A DNA stretch of 64,000 bases from Tricharina praecox. Its lineage: Eukaryota. Numbering within the stretch: the stretch's first letter is position 1; every line of letters begins with the position of its first letter. This document shows, piece after piece, positions 50,220 through 64,000 of the stretch. A program made the position numbers and the translations under genes. Where the stretch lies: NCBI RefSeq assembly GCF_024521635.1, contig NW_026250430.1:186001-250000 (forward strand), given 5' to 3'. The notes under the pieces are model-generated. The model had not been told where the DNA came from and ran no database searches. It worked only from the letters and a program-made list of their open reading frames with translations.

Positions 50220-53200
50220 TGTGGTGGATGATGTCGTGGGGGAGAACCGAGTCTCCAGCCACTTGTGGATTACGGTGGTAATGGTAGTGGCGGCGGCTGG
50301 GTGGTGGGCGGTGGTGGGCGGTCGAGGAATATCGTCGAGTGTTGTTTGGCTTTGCTATTCCTTTCGCGGCCGAATGGGTACGTATAGCGCGGCGGCGGGA
50401 GAGGTAGGTGTATATGATGAAGGTCTTAACTCTTGTCGCAAGGGGATCTGACGCGCAGCGTGCACTTTGAACGGCGCAGGGAGGCCGGTGGGTTATGGCC
50501 GACGACTCAGGGTGGGCGACGTGGCTTGGGGGTGAGGGAGGGATGGAGGAAGATCCAGGCGCTGGTGAAATTTTCGAGAGGCAGGCACCGCTGACGAAAT
50601 AACGTTTTTTACAAGGGAGGCGGTATAAGACAGGCCCTATAGCTCTGGCAGGAAGGAAACGAGGGAAGGGATATGTGGGGAGGGGGGGTGGGAAGGGTTA
50701 TGGGAAGGGGGCGGAAGGGAAGGTGTGCTGATGGAGGGCAGTCAATCCCAAATAAAAAGAAAACCGGTCGTCTGCTGGGATGCGGGGGGGGAGGTTGATG
50801 CTCCAGTTATCGATCTCACACTTGTGATATTCTCGCTTTAATCATGCCCGTCGGGGTCGTGGTCGTCGGTGTCGACAATCCGGGGGTGGGGGATTTCTTT
50901 AAATCCCCCAACTTAGCCGTTTAATCTGGCGCTCCCCCGCAGCCGCAGCTTTGTTTTTCGCTAAAGTGCAATGTTGTCAATCGCTCAGAGACGACGACGG
51001 GGGACGAGGGGACGATCCGGAACCGAAACGCGTTTGCTGACGACTGACGACTGACGACACTGGGGGGACGCGGATAATGCGAATAGTAGGTAGGTATGGC
51101 TTGACGATGGCTATGTATGATGTAGGTATGCTATGCTATGCTGACAGACACTGGGGTTCGGGTGGCGCTGGGACGCGGTGCTGCTGCTGCTGCTGCTGGC
51201 AGGTGGTGGTCTTGGGTGGTGGTGGTCTTGGGTGGTGGTGGTGGTGGTGGTGCTGCTGGTGGTGGTGGTGGTAGTGCTGGTGCTGGTAGGTGGGTGCTAG
51301 TTCTGGTGCTGGTGCTTGTGGGGTAGTGGTAGTGGCAGTGGCAGTGGTGGAAAAAGAAGAGGATGCTGCTGCTGCTGTCTGAGAGTCGATTGCATGACAA
51401 GCTGGTGGTGCATGGTTCAAAACAACAAAAAAACTAACTACGGCGATTTGAGAAAGACGAGACTCATTCGTTCGTTCGTGGGTTGCGACGACGTCTCGAG
51501 ACTCGAGAGAGAGAAGCTGACCAAGAATGAGGGATCGGGGATTGGAGGGGGAGGGGTGGGGGTGGATGGAGAGCCGGGAGGAGCAGGAGGAGGATCAGGA
51601 GCAGGATGATGAGCAGGAGCAGGAGAAGGAAGCGGCCGTTTTGCAGGAGATCGCCAGCGATGGATGGATGAGATAGAGCTACTACTATAGTAGGAAGAGC
51701 TAGGAACGGCGGCGCGTGAGTGATTGATCACGCTCCCGGGCTGGGCCGTGCGGCAATGATAGGCAGGCAGACAGACAGCGGCGACTATGCACAGATGGAG
51801 CGCACAGGTGGTGGTGGGAAAAGGGGGGGAGGGTCAAATACCTAGGTGGGTAAGGAAGCGGGTATCGGACCGAAACGCGAGACTGGCTGGCCCGTGGTAC
51901 AGGCCTTCTCGAAGCGGCCAACGAGGACGTGTGAGGATTTTGATTGTTGGGGCCGGATCGGAAGGGAAGGGATTGGGGTGGAGTGAGTGAGTGGGTACGG
52001 GCAGGCCAGGGCAGTGGCAGAGGAGAAGGAAGGATGTCTGATGTTGCGGCCAATCTGGAGCAGAGACCACTCGAGACGACAAGCTGGTCTCTGACTCTCT
52101 GCCGTGGGTAAGTGCCTGCTGTTCTCTTCAAATCCTCCCCTCGTCCTCCTCATCCTCCTATTCTTCCCGGACATACGACCAAAGAGAAGGTAGGGCCCCC
52201 GGCTTTCTCGGGAACATCCTGGGGAGGGAAATCATCGAAGAAGGAAAAACTCCTCGGGATTGGGTGAGAGACGTGGGTAGGTATTAGAAAAGCAGAACAA
52301 CGACAGCGCTGACACTTGCTACGTGAAGAGACAGACCACGTCCACGCACGAGTTGCACGTAAGAACGGCAGAAGGTATGTGAGGTAGGTACCAGGTAGGT
52401 ATAACAGGTGTATGTAGTAGGACTGACTGACTGGTCCAGGACAGGACGGGAGGAGCAGTGTGTGCACGATTACGGCAGCAGCAGCAGCACGGCTATAGTT
52501 AGGCTGCACCTTCTATGGATTCCTTCCCTTCCCTTCCCTACCTAGAACGGTAAAAAAAGCCATACGTGAGTAGTAGTTAACTGAACCAGCTTGTGACGGC
52601 AGAAAACCCGAAGAAAGAAAGAAAAGAAAGAAGAACGACACAGATGACGGATGACGGATGACAGAGAAGTGAACTGGCAAAAAAGACAATCCGTGCAATG
52701 AACCGATTGGATAGCTGGCGTCAAGGAGCAAGCACACTTTGCTCTCGAGTCCTTTCCTTGTCGGCCTGGGTTCGCGCGTCTGTTAGTTGGTTGGTTGGTA
52801 GATACATACGTATCAATAGGCTTCGTGCATCGTCCTCCGGAGAAGTGCCCATCCCCATCCCCATCCCCCATCACCATCCCCCATCACCATCACCATCACC
52901 GATACTGGTGGTGATGGTGATGCTAGTGATGGTGATGCTAGTGATGGTGATGCTAGTGGTGGTGATGGTGATGGTGTATCTGTGTATCTGGAAACCGGCA
53001 CAGGACAGACGGAGACGGGCGGGACTAGTTACTACGTGCTTGCTTGCATGAAGGGGCAGTGGATTCCATTTCGAAGAGACTCGAGAGTGTGAAGGTTAGA
53101 CACCTCAATAGTTGATGAGAGGATCCGCGACTAACCACATATCAGGGATGCTGCTACCCAACTCCAAGCTGGTCCGCGAAGAAAAAAAATTAGTTAAGGG

Positions 53201-55167
53201 AGAGGCTTGCCTGCCCGCCTGCTTGCTTTGAGACGCAAGGCGCTTGCTTTGCTTGACACAGTTTTTGACAGCTCGCTCGCTGCTCTGCACTGCAACTGCA
53301 CTGCAGCCACCACTGCACTGGTTAACTAAACTAACTATAGAGTAGTAGAGTAGCTAGGCCTCAGTTGGGATCGACATCCACATTTTTTTCTTTCTTAGCG
53401 GCGTTACATACCATTGGCCGGCGGAGGCTGCGGTGGCTGCGGAGGCTGCGCGGAGCACACCCATCTGCTGATCAAGTGACCGCTCGGGCAGCTGAAGCGA
53501 AGCAGGCCAACTGCAGTTGTGTGGAAAAAGCAAGGTTTGAGCGAGGAGGGTGTGCTGTGCGGCGCGGCGGCATTGGTGGGTTGGGGTTAGTGGAAGTGGT
53601 GGTGGTGGTGGTGGTGGTGGAGGAGGATGAGAAGGTGGTGGAAGTGCTGGCCATGACCACCCTGGTGGGGACGTCGTGGGGAGGTCCGATGGTGATAGTG
53701 ATGGTGGTGATGATGCTGATGCTGATGGTGATGGTGATGGTGGTGATGATGAGGGTGAGGGTGAGGAGTCCAAAGTCGCTCGCCCGCAGTACCAACGACC
53801 AATCTAAGCTGCTTTGGGGCTAGTCGGTGAGGCCAAATCGTACCTAAAGTAGAGTACCTGCCTGCGAGTATCTACATACAAAGCATTTACTATTAATGTG
53901 GGTAGTCGTCCATGTAGCGGTAGTTATCTAGAGTACATAGAGATGAGTACATATCAATCCATCTCCTCTGGCTTCCTCCTCGGAGTCGGTATGATACTCT
54001 ACTCCATGGTGAAGACATCGCGCATGGGCTAACTAACCGACTAGCCGTGGAGGGGAGCGGACACGGACAGAGAGGACTCGCTGGACTGGACTTGCACGGA
54101 GATGGCCACGATGGCCACGATGGCCGGCCGCCAGCGAAGGCCACGGAAATGAGAAGGGTGTGGCGAGTACCATACATACGACGACGACAACGAAGGCCTG
54201 CTCTGACTGCCCCACCCGCCACACACCACACCACCTCCACCATCCACCTCCACCAACGACCACCTACTGCACTCCGCATCCCTGAGGCATCTCGCCTGCG
54301 TAATAACAAGGCGCAGCAAAAGCACGGGGGTGGGGGGAGGTGGTTTTTTTCTCTTCATCTGCTCTACCAAATCCGTCTACAAATGATGATACATATCTCG
54401 TCTTCGGCGCTAGTGGGCGTTGACCCTAACTACCCTAACCACCCTAGACTCTAGAGATCCCCACCCGGGCCACCCGTTAACTAGCATAGTGAGCTAGCTA
54501 GCCTAGCTAGCATAGTTAGTTAGCTGGAGGATCGCCGTTCGCTGATGGTGCATAACGGAGCCAGCGGACTGCATATCGCCAGGGCAGGAGGGGCAGGAAC
54601 GACCAGAAGGAGGAACTGCTTCTCGTTTTGGGCCGTCGCCTTCGTTTCAAACCTCCACGCACTTTCCCGCATGCGTTTATGGTCCGCCTGCGGGTTCTCT
54701 GTGTTTTTTTCCTTTGCTTTCTTTCTTTCTGGCGTTCTCCCGCCCCTCGCCCTCGCTCGCACTTGCCCCTCGCGCCTCCACCCCCCCCTCTCTCTCCCCT
54801 CCCCTTTCCTCCTCTCCCCTCTCCTCCTCTCGGCGGGCTGCCGTGCTGGCTGGCTAGCAACGCTTAGTGTAGGTAGGGCACGTATGTATCACGCACTCTC
54901 GCCGAACTCGGCGCCCCTCGCAGTACTCTGGTGAGTTGTTGTTGTTGTTGTTATGTGTTTGCCCTGTCCCGGTGCAGTCGGCCGCAACCACCTTTTCAGC
55001 GACGAGTTGGGATGAACTGTGGAGAAACATGTGGAGTGGATATCGCGTATCTAGCCGACGAATGAGAAATTCGCTGGGAAGGGCGTACATAGGCGAGTAA
55101 GCCACCACAACCACCACCACCACCTCAACCACCAAACAGGCTAGTCCGCTTTCGGCTCCGCTCTCGG

Positions 55168-55232
55168 TACTTGGAGCACTTGGAGCACTTGGAGCAGCTC
55201 GGAACACTTGGGACAACTTGGAACACTTGGAA
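55168..55232. repeat. Degenerate 9-bp tandem repeat
   Basis: acttggagc / acttggaac units, about 7 copies. Confidence 0.75.
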
Positions 55233-58200
55233 ACCTCGACTCCTGGTGCAAGCACCTCCTCGCGTTCGCCAGAGCTGTGGAGAGAAAGTCTCAAACATAC
55301 CCTCGCCCGCTGTCTGTCGGTTACTACATAACTACTACTAGTTAATGCGTTTCGGAAACATGGCCTGCGCGGAATCCGGGCGGTGGATAAGTAAATAAAC
55401 CAGCCACTGCACTATTTATCTAACAAACTACTGGATATGTGCTCCGCAAGCTCGGACAAACACTGGCTTCAAACTCGAGAGAAAGAAAGAAAGGAACATG
55501 CCGTGTCTACATGTCTGTGTATGTTTCATCGTGATGGACTCTACATGCTCTGTAATTGCAGCATCAAATTCACGGTTTCACCTTATCCTCCTCCTCCTCC
55601 TCCTGCTCTTGTCCGTTCGGTGTCGTCGGCGTCGTCGACTTGTCGGGCTCGTTCCCTAAATCTCCGCCAAGCTCGTATATTTGTCGTCAAATCACCCTCC
55701 GTCAAAGTGCCCGAGCCCCTGTACCCGGTAGGTCCGGAGAGTTGGAAACGTCGACTTCAATTGAGTCTGGACGTCTCTCTCTCAGAGTGTCAGAGTCTCA
55801 GATTCTCAGTATGTGTGTTGCACACTGCTACGGCTGCGTGCCCTCTCTCTCTATGTGAAACCGTCACGTACCTGGGTATTATACTTTCCAGCGGTTTGGT
55901 GACTGCCGCGGATGCTCTGAACCTGCGTGGGGCTTGAGGATGTATGATATGTATGCAGATATCTATGTGATGTAGAATGTGTACCTGCAGAGGCGGTCGC
56001 CGGTGCGGCCCAGCTACATACTACGGTAGATGTGTACCATACTCTACCTAGTGTAGAGTACTAGTTAGTCCCCCCCCCCTCCTCCGCCCCCACCCCCGCT
56101 GTTACTCTAGTTACCACTGGTTCCTTCATCTGATCTCCGACAGGGCCCTCAGCTCAGCTCAGCTCAGCTCCGCTCCGGCTTGGTTTGGTTTTGGTTTGTG
56201 TACTCTACTCTACTCCACATATGTGTCCTGTAGGCAGTTTCGGATTTGCGCACGGAGCATACACTCAGCAGCAGCAACAGTACCGGTATCATCCGCCGAG
56301 CGGCCTGGCAGGTAGACTGGCTGGCTGGTAGCTCCATCGCCAAATCTTTGTGTACTCCACATAGCGAGCAAGCACCACAGGCCGGCAAGAACCGCAGGTC
56401 CGCAGCTTTTGAGTCTGGATTCGTCTTGCGGGTACATCCATAATTCCAAAAGCTTACCGGCGGCGGCGTTTCATCCTCGCTTTTGCCCCATTGCATTGAA
56501 CGTTCCTGGGTATGCTTATGCACTCCAGGTACGGTATGTTATAATGTCATGTACCTGCGTGTATATGTAAGTGCGCTTGAAGAATCTCGCGTTTCGGAGC
56601 TAGGTAGGTAAGTCGCACACACCGGCCGGAGTCGGTAGGTACAAGTCGGGTTCGAGAGTCGAGAGGTAGAGTGCATGGTTGACCCACCTGTGGTGAGGTG
56701 AAGTGAGGTGAGGTGAGGTGTGAGTACGTACCTACCTCCGTCACGGCGTCACGCATGATACGAGCGAAGCGCCGCCGGCCTCCGGCGTTCGGGGTCTGGA
56801 GTCTAGATAGGTACGTCTTTACCGAAAAGTGACAACGATACTACCTATACTATAACACATAAATACACTTATAAATTCGCGAACGAACCAGGAACTTGAC
56901 AGGAAATGCATGATGCATCGGCCAAGACTCAAGAGATGGGTTCCTTGCTCGCCGGCTAGGTATAGTACCTACATACATATGCAACGTTTTGGTTGAGGTT
57001 GAGAAAGGGTATGAGAAAGGGTGGTAGTTACTAGTAGTTACGTTAGTCTGCGCTTGCTGGCTCCTGGCACCGAAAGAGGCGGCAAAGCCCGGTAGATACG
57101 GCCGATCCTGGGCGGTAACTACATACAGATCGGGCGCGGAAGCTATCATGTATGGTACGTACGTAGCGGTGCGCTCTGTAACCTGTAACCAGTACTGTAA
57201 CCTCTCGCTCTGTTGCGCCATCGACTGATAGAGTAGTATGTGTCCGTTCCCATCCACCGAGATCGAGTCCGAGTACTCCGATAGGCGCCCAACCCTGCGT
57301 GGATTACCGTACTCACACTCCCCCCACACTCTGACTTCAAACTTTTCCGGTGTCATTCGCTCGTCTACCTACTTAGACTACCTACCTAGCTACATAACGA
57401 AGTACATACTACCTACCATAGTTGGCCATGCCGGCCGATGGCCGATGGCCGAAGGAGAGCTAAATATCTCTGGATGGGAAGGAATGGGATGAGAAGGGCC
57501 AGGATGAGGGACTTGACACGACGTGCGGCCTGGGCACTGGACAGTGGGTCTCGATCCTTATCGGTTTACCTAGGTTCTAGCTATGTAGTTATTTAGTGTA
57601 GGTAACTACATGGTAAGTTAGTGGCCGGCAACGGCAACTAATCGTGGGTAGCCGGCGTGTATGTATGCTATGATATCTACTACCGTATAGTGACCCTGGG
57701 GGGCCGAGCCTCCGTGATGTTGAACACGAATAAAGCAGGCGAACCAAAGGCATTCTCCGTTTGTTGCTTATGTAGGTACATACAGAGGTACATACCATCT
57801 CCATAGCACCCGATCTCCAACCTCCGACGAGGCCGGCGTGCTGGGATGATAGATGATGGATCAGGATAGGATGGCGGAGCTTCTTCTTCTTCTTCCTCCT
57901 CCGACGTACTGGGATCATGATTCTCATCCTCCTCCTCCTCCTCCTCCTGTTCCCATGGGACAGTAGCGAGTGTATTCGTGTACATATCATACACATCACA
58001 TATATCATACATACCGTATTACAACCTCACACGCCGACTCGTCGGTCCGTCGGTCGGACGTCTATTACTATACCGTACTCTACTACGTACTCTACTACCA
58101 GGTAGTAAACATCTGCTCTTCACGAACCACGTGTTTCAAGTTTGAGCCTTGCGTCTGAAACTCCATGCATGTACCCTGAACGCCCTGAGCACCCTGAGGG

Positions 58201-59005
58201 ACACATCACCGCCCTGACACCGACTCCGGCGTGTCGGACAATAGGTAGTGGGCGATGGTCGAAGTGACAGCGAGCGAGAAGAGAAACCTCCCATCCTGGG
58301 CTGTGGCCGTGTCGTCGCTGGTCCGAACTATAGTACGGCACATACCTTTTTTCTTTTCTTTTCCGGCTCAGTTGATGTGGCCGTTGTGGTGATGCTGGTG
58401 GTGGTGGGACTGGGATTGGGACTGTTGGGATTACCAACCACTCGCCATCGCAGCGTGCGCAAAACCGAAAACCAATGCCATCTCGAGCGAGCGAGCGAGA
58501 GCGACGTATCTGCACCATCTCCGGGGACCGGAGGGGTTAAAGCCACTCAGGACTGCCACGGAATGGGATTGCGGCTTGGGATATCTGACTGGGGCTGTCT
58601 GGCTGGACTGGACATCCCTCCCCCCCGGCCCACTGTCATCTCGACCTGCTCGCTGGCGGTTAGGGTACTATGTAGGTAGTACACTTCATCAAGTGACTTG
58701 AGCACTACCGATTGCAAGGCTATCCCCTGCATCCCGTGGAGACGTTTTTTTCGACGTGTGGTCCCTGGTGACGGTAGGTTCCAAGTGGACGGCTGTTTGT
58801 CATTGGTCGGTGACGGCGGGAGGGGCCACACCTGGTTGCCGGAATGTAAGCCGCGCGGATTTAGAGCTCCACTGCCGCTGCGGCTCTAATATGTATCGGT
58901 ACTGCTGGAGCGGATGCGGGCCGGTGATAGACGATGGCCTTCAGGGGCCAGGTGGGGAGGTGTGGCTCAATCGTCAACGTCGTAGGTGTGAATGTAACGG
59001 TCGTC

Positions 59006-59291
<286 letters not shown>

Positions 59292-59383
59292 CTTGGTTAC
59301 ACTGCAATCCCAGCATTCCACGCCTACTTATATATCAGTGTTACCGTCCCTCGACCGGGGGATGGCATGCCAGGACGACGACG

Positions 59384-59414
<31 letters not shown>

Positions 59415-62400
59415 GCCCTCAATAAAAGCCATTACCGCGTCCGCTGCTGACTACGCGACACGACAACCCACATGCGGGAGAGCCCAACACGGCTAACGTG
59501 TGGGGGTATATGGTTGTTGGCATCCAGTACCTACATAAGTACACACCTACATACATGCACCGCTGCGATCTCCTTTCCCATCGATATCTCATATCAAACT
59601 GCAGATATAACTTATGCGCGCATCAGCCGACAGGAGCATACGGCTAGTCCCCAATCAGCTACAGCAAAGGAGTGTCATCTTAACCATTTTCCATGATCCA
59701 TCTCGTGCGTCCCCCATCAGATTCAGCCATCAGATTCAGCCATCAGCCTCCTGAAATTGATAGATGCGTACCGCGAAAAAGAAAAGAAAAAAACAGTCGT
59801 GCAGGATCAACCCGTACCTAGGTCACTGCATACCTCCTTCCCCACTCTCATTGGCTCCGGACGTATCATCCTTCCTAGGTATATCGACGGTACTTGCCGG
59901 CAGGGACCAACACTCGCAGGCAAGTCCGATGATGAAAGCCTCAAAAAAATCAAACTTGCGCACCAGCCAGGTACCTAGGTACCTAGATTGGCAATTCACA
60001 TCGGATTCGGATTCGGATTCGGATTTGGATCGCCGCTCCGAATGCTGCTGAGGCGTTCCTGGTTGGCTCCTCCTTCTGCCTTTGCTCCCCCTTTCACGTG
60101 AAAAAAGCAAAGGTATCCACAACAATCTCCGTTTTTTTCGCGAGATCCATCTCCGTTCTATGTAGGTACCAAATCCGGTGGGCACTGCGGAGACTCGAGA
60201 GAGGTTGGCCATGCTACTATCCGTAGGGTTGACGCCACTTGCGCAGCCAAGCGATTAGCGATCTGCCGCTGCGCGCTTGCTAGAGTAGTGTGTATATATC
60301 CCCATCGGCTCTGTACTTTACTACACGCTTCCCCGTCCAATCACACGCTCGTGCTTCCGCTGTTGGCGCTTCAATCTATCTATCGAGTGCGACAGATCGA
60401 CCGGCGTACGTACCCCCCATTTATACTCGCAATCAATCCTACGAGGAGCCAGGTTACTACTATGTTTTGCGACATGTCATCCCGGCGCCAGGAAGGAGTG
60501 GCTTACCCCCCTCCCAAGGCCCTTGGAGAATTAGAAACGCGGCAGAATATCGACCGTACGGTAAGCGCCACATGGCATCCGTTTCGCATCTCGGGTCCGA
60601 GAAAAAGGTAAGTATTTAGATACTTTGTATCGCTTAGATCGTGGACGTGTATTTGTTAGAATGGGTCGTATTATGTGCATCATATGTACACGCATCGGAT
60701 AATATTGCGTGGTAGTCGCGGAGTTGAATCGCAAACGTTGACACTTCAGCCTGTTCCCGGCCATGGATCTTGGTTTATATCTAATACAGGAGTCTGGAGG
60801 CGAACCAGTCATCCTCGGACGCCAGATCTGGCAACGGCAATTAGAGTAGTTTCCCACCACCCCCCCCGGAATGCGTGCCGTTTCCCCATGACATACCTAC
60901 CTCCTACCTAACTATACCTGTGGGCCAGCTACAAGCTTCCCGTACGTGCTAGGTACGCGCAAATACGGTATACCTAGCTGGTCTGTCTGCGATGGCTACT
61001 AGGTAGATACGGTACCTGCTCTAGTCTTCAACCGACAGCTGGTTCCGAATCATATGTGCATACGGTATACCTCAAGCGTGGTTACGGGGTTATGTAGTTA
61101 TTGAGCCCATCCGCCCGATGAAAGGGGCTCTCACCCTCTCCCTCTCTCTCTCGTTCTCTCTCGTTCCTGCGACGCCTCGGTTCCTATCCATTCGATGCAG
61201 GTCCACACTCACTCGTATAGTCGTAGTTACCCAGGCCCCAGGGTTCCCCACGGAAACAACCCTCGTTTCTTCCGGCCCCGAGGCACCGTACATACGCAAC
61301 CTTCATAGGTATAGTATGTACAGGGCTTTGGGTGATTGCTACATATTTTTCGCCGAAAGGATCCCCCGGCCAATTGTTTCTTACTCTACATATTACCCGA
61401 CACATCCATAACTAACTTGGTAGGCTCCCGATCAATTTTGCTCACGATATGCGACAGCGGGATTCTCATTTCCATCTCGGACGCTGTGTTCGGTGGTTGG
61501 TTGGTTGGCTGGAAAACCCCTTCCAGTATACAGTATACAGTATACGTACATACCTGCTTCTTTCCCATCCTTCCCACGAGTCACCGCGGTGATGGCGGAA
61601 TCAGTTACCGGACCGGAGGCTTAACGTAAGCACACACATACTAGATGCTATGTAGATGGCCAATATATCCGGTACGAGTTGGATTACATACGTATGTGTC
61701 TGTCTGCTCGGATGCTGGCTTCTCCGGCCAGAAGGCGAAAGTTGAAACCTATATAGTACTAGGTAGTACACGAACCACAAACTCCCAGGTCGCACTCGAG
61801 TCGCGATGTGATATCTCATGATGCGCGGTTCCAGCCCGGCCCAAACTGCGGATCCACCACGTTCTTGGCCTCGCCGTGCCTCGCCCCACCGATTCTCGAT
61901 CGCGTATCGATTGCAACGATGGCTTGGCTAAGGGCTTCTTGCTCGCATCGCGGTCGCGATCGCGGTGTTTTGCGCTCGCGAAGTCATGTGAGCTTTTTTC
62001 CTCGGCACCCACCGCCGAATAACCTTTGTTTCTGTTTCTGTTTTTGTTTTTGTTTTTTTAAAGTGGCCCGCCACCTTTCAGGCCTTCCTTTCCTTTCCTT
62101 TCGTATCAATCCCCTCGACGCACACGACCGACGGACGCGACTCCCACACCCCCCTAGGTATTCCCATCGTACCGATTCATCTCGTTTCCAATCAATAACT
62201 CAATCAATCAATCGAAACGTCCTTCTGCTCACCCCCCCCCCCCTTCCCAAACACTCGCTTTGTTCCTAGAACCTAGGTAGTCGAGCGAACGAGCGCTGCG
62301 ATTGGTTGATTGGTGGCTCAAAACTTAAACTTTGCAATGCGACGTGCTGCACAGTGTCAAGTGACTTACTTACGGGCTCATATCGAGTTATGTATATGTG

Positions 62401-63424
62401 ACCATTGACCAGTCGAGGGGAGAGGGGAGGTTTCGGTTGGGCGGAGATGAGATGAAATCGAGGTGGAAGCTCGAGTCCGGAGGAGAGGAGGAGGAGAGGA
62501 GGAGGAGAGAGGAGGAGGGCGCGGGGGGGGGGGGGGGGGGGGGGGTACTTCGCGTGTCATAGGAATAGAGTACAGTATCAAAGCACTCTATGCAGTGCAC
62601 GGAGTATGAATACACACATGTATTGATTGGCCTTGTATTGATTGGCCAGGGGGGGAGGAGTCGCTGGCGGTGGAATGCGGGGAAATACACCCCCCTCACC
62701 CCTCCCCTCCCCCTCCATATCATCCCCCATATCAACCGGTCCCGGCGGGATTGATTGCTTGATTGATTGAGCTACCATATTTATGCACATATGCACATTT
62801 CACATTGCACATGAATTGCGGGGTGTGAAGAATACCCACTACCCATCAACCCATACCCTATGCACAAAGCACACGCGCAACAGCACTCGACGGCGCAAAC
62901 CGTGAATAATTCAAACTGCCCCTCCCCGTTTGTTGTTCGGTTTTGCTTTTTTTCGGTTTGCTTCTGTCGTTCGCTCGTTTCGCCCTCCGGAAGGAAATGC
63001 TACGGAAAAACTGCGCGGGGAGGCGGGGGGAGGGAAGAAAAGAAAAGAAAATGTATTTCTGCTTGTTTCCCTCGTCCCCGCTCCCTAGTGTATTGTATGT
63101 TGTACTGGTATGTACTCATTTGGGCAAGTAAGTACCTACTACCTACTGGTTGGTAGAGGAACATAGGTGAAGAAGTATGTAAGCCAAAGCCCACGTTCGT
63201 CCTGGTGCTGGTACTAGGAGGGACCAGAACATCCGCCCTGGCTGCGCGAGAGGGAGAGAGAGCATCAATCTATGTACCGTCGCCTACGGCCTGCAGGCTG
63301 CAGGCTGCATATCCCGCTGGCCAAGGCCGTGGCCGTAGTGATTGCCCGTGAAGCTGCAAGCCTCCCCCCCCCCCGCGCCCCGGCGCGCACAGTAGCAGTA
63401 ACAACAGTAGCACTATGCCCCACT

Positions 63425-63611
63425 AGTTCTGTTCGGATTGTTCAATTTTTTCGGAGGACTGTTCTGACTGTTCTATTCCGCTCGGACTGTTCGGACTATT
63501 CGGACTGTTTGGAGGATTATTCGGTTCGGACTGTCCGGAGAACCAGGTATTCGGTTCGGACTGTTCAGAGGACTATTTGGTCTGAACTGTTCGCATGACT
63601 GTTTGGACTGT
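63425..63611. repeat. Degenerate ~10-bp tandem repeat
   Basis: Recurrent gttcggactg / ttcggactatt units. Confidence 0.8.
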
Positions 63612-64000
63612 ATGTACTCACCTAAAACCTACCTACAACATATTTGCTCTACATACCTACGTGCAGATAGACGTACGTACTGTGTGTGCGTGTGGTCACA
63701 TAATCGTCATCATCACCACCATCACCACCATCACCACCTCCACCTCCACCTCCACCACTAGCATCATCGTCATCATCATCAGTAAACAGCACCTTCACCG
63801 CACGTGCAAATACTACGAATGCCCCGCAATCGCACCGCAAATGCCCCTTGAGTCGTCGCCGGACCTCGCATTACATTGTACAATGAACCTAGCCTGCACC
63901 GTGGTCCGTTGAGATACCTAACACATGTGCGACATAGCACGCGCAGCACTTATTTCTCGACCGACTTACATACTGACAGTCTGATGTACGCTTGAGACCG

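Noticed and set aside
50355..50357. In-frame TAG upstream of the Myb ORF as an editing-corrected premature stop
   Set aside because: Reading through it meets a TAA about 45 codons further upstream with no ATG in between.
52171..52181. ACATACGACCA, matching the 5' end of ascomycete 5S rRNA
   Set aside because: Similarity stops after 11 nt; no internal control boxes or complementary 3' end.
56850..57356. 168-aa ATG-initiated minus-strand ORF in the gene-free region
   Set aside because: No recognisable domain, no codon bias like the real genes, and GTAC/TAC-rich like surrounding non-coding DNA. Cannot be fully excluded.

Overview
Eukaryotic genomic DNA from a filamentous ascomycete. Short GT-AG introns with CTRAC branch points and fungal housekeeping proteins support this; Pezizomycotina, possibly Pezizomycetes, is inference only. 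I could build gene models by hand for 11 genes plus one partial ORF at the left edge. They are RPL34, an F-box/beta-propeller protein ending in a polybasic-CVIM prenylation box, PEX2, TED1, RPL23, a small secreted Cys/Met-rich protein, a 1273-aa low-complexity orphan, a coiled-coil membrane-anchored protein, KAP120/importin-11, a GH76 glycosidase with a C-terminal TM helix and YxxPhi tail, and a two-repeat Myb/SANT factor. Between GH76 and the Myb gene lies a 2.7-kb degenerate repeat array carrying two oppositely oriented copies of a ~200-bp element; one copy has TG...CA ends and a CTCCA target-site duplication (solo-LTR signature). The last ~13.8 kb upstream of the Myb gene has no credible gene and is microsatellite-rich. 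Most ORF-track entries are antisense shadows or low-complexity artefacts. The best leads are a probable GUG-initiated 100-aa polyQ extension and a long structured intron in the Myb gene, the F-box+PY+CAAX architecture, the solo-LTR/repeat array, and the atypical membrane GH76. No database searches were run, so family calls rest on recognised motifs and novelty is untested.
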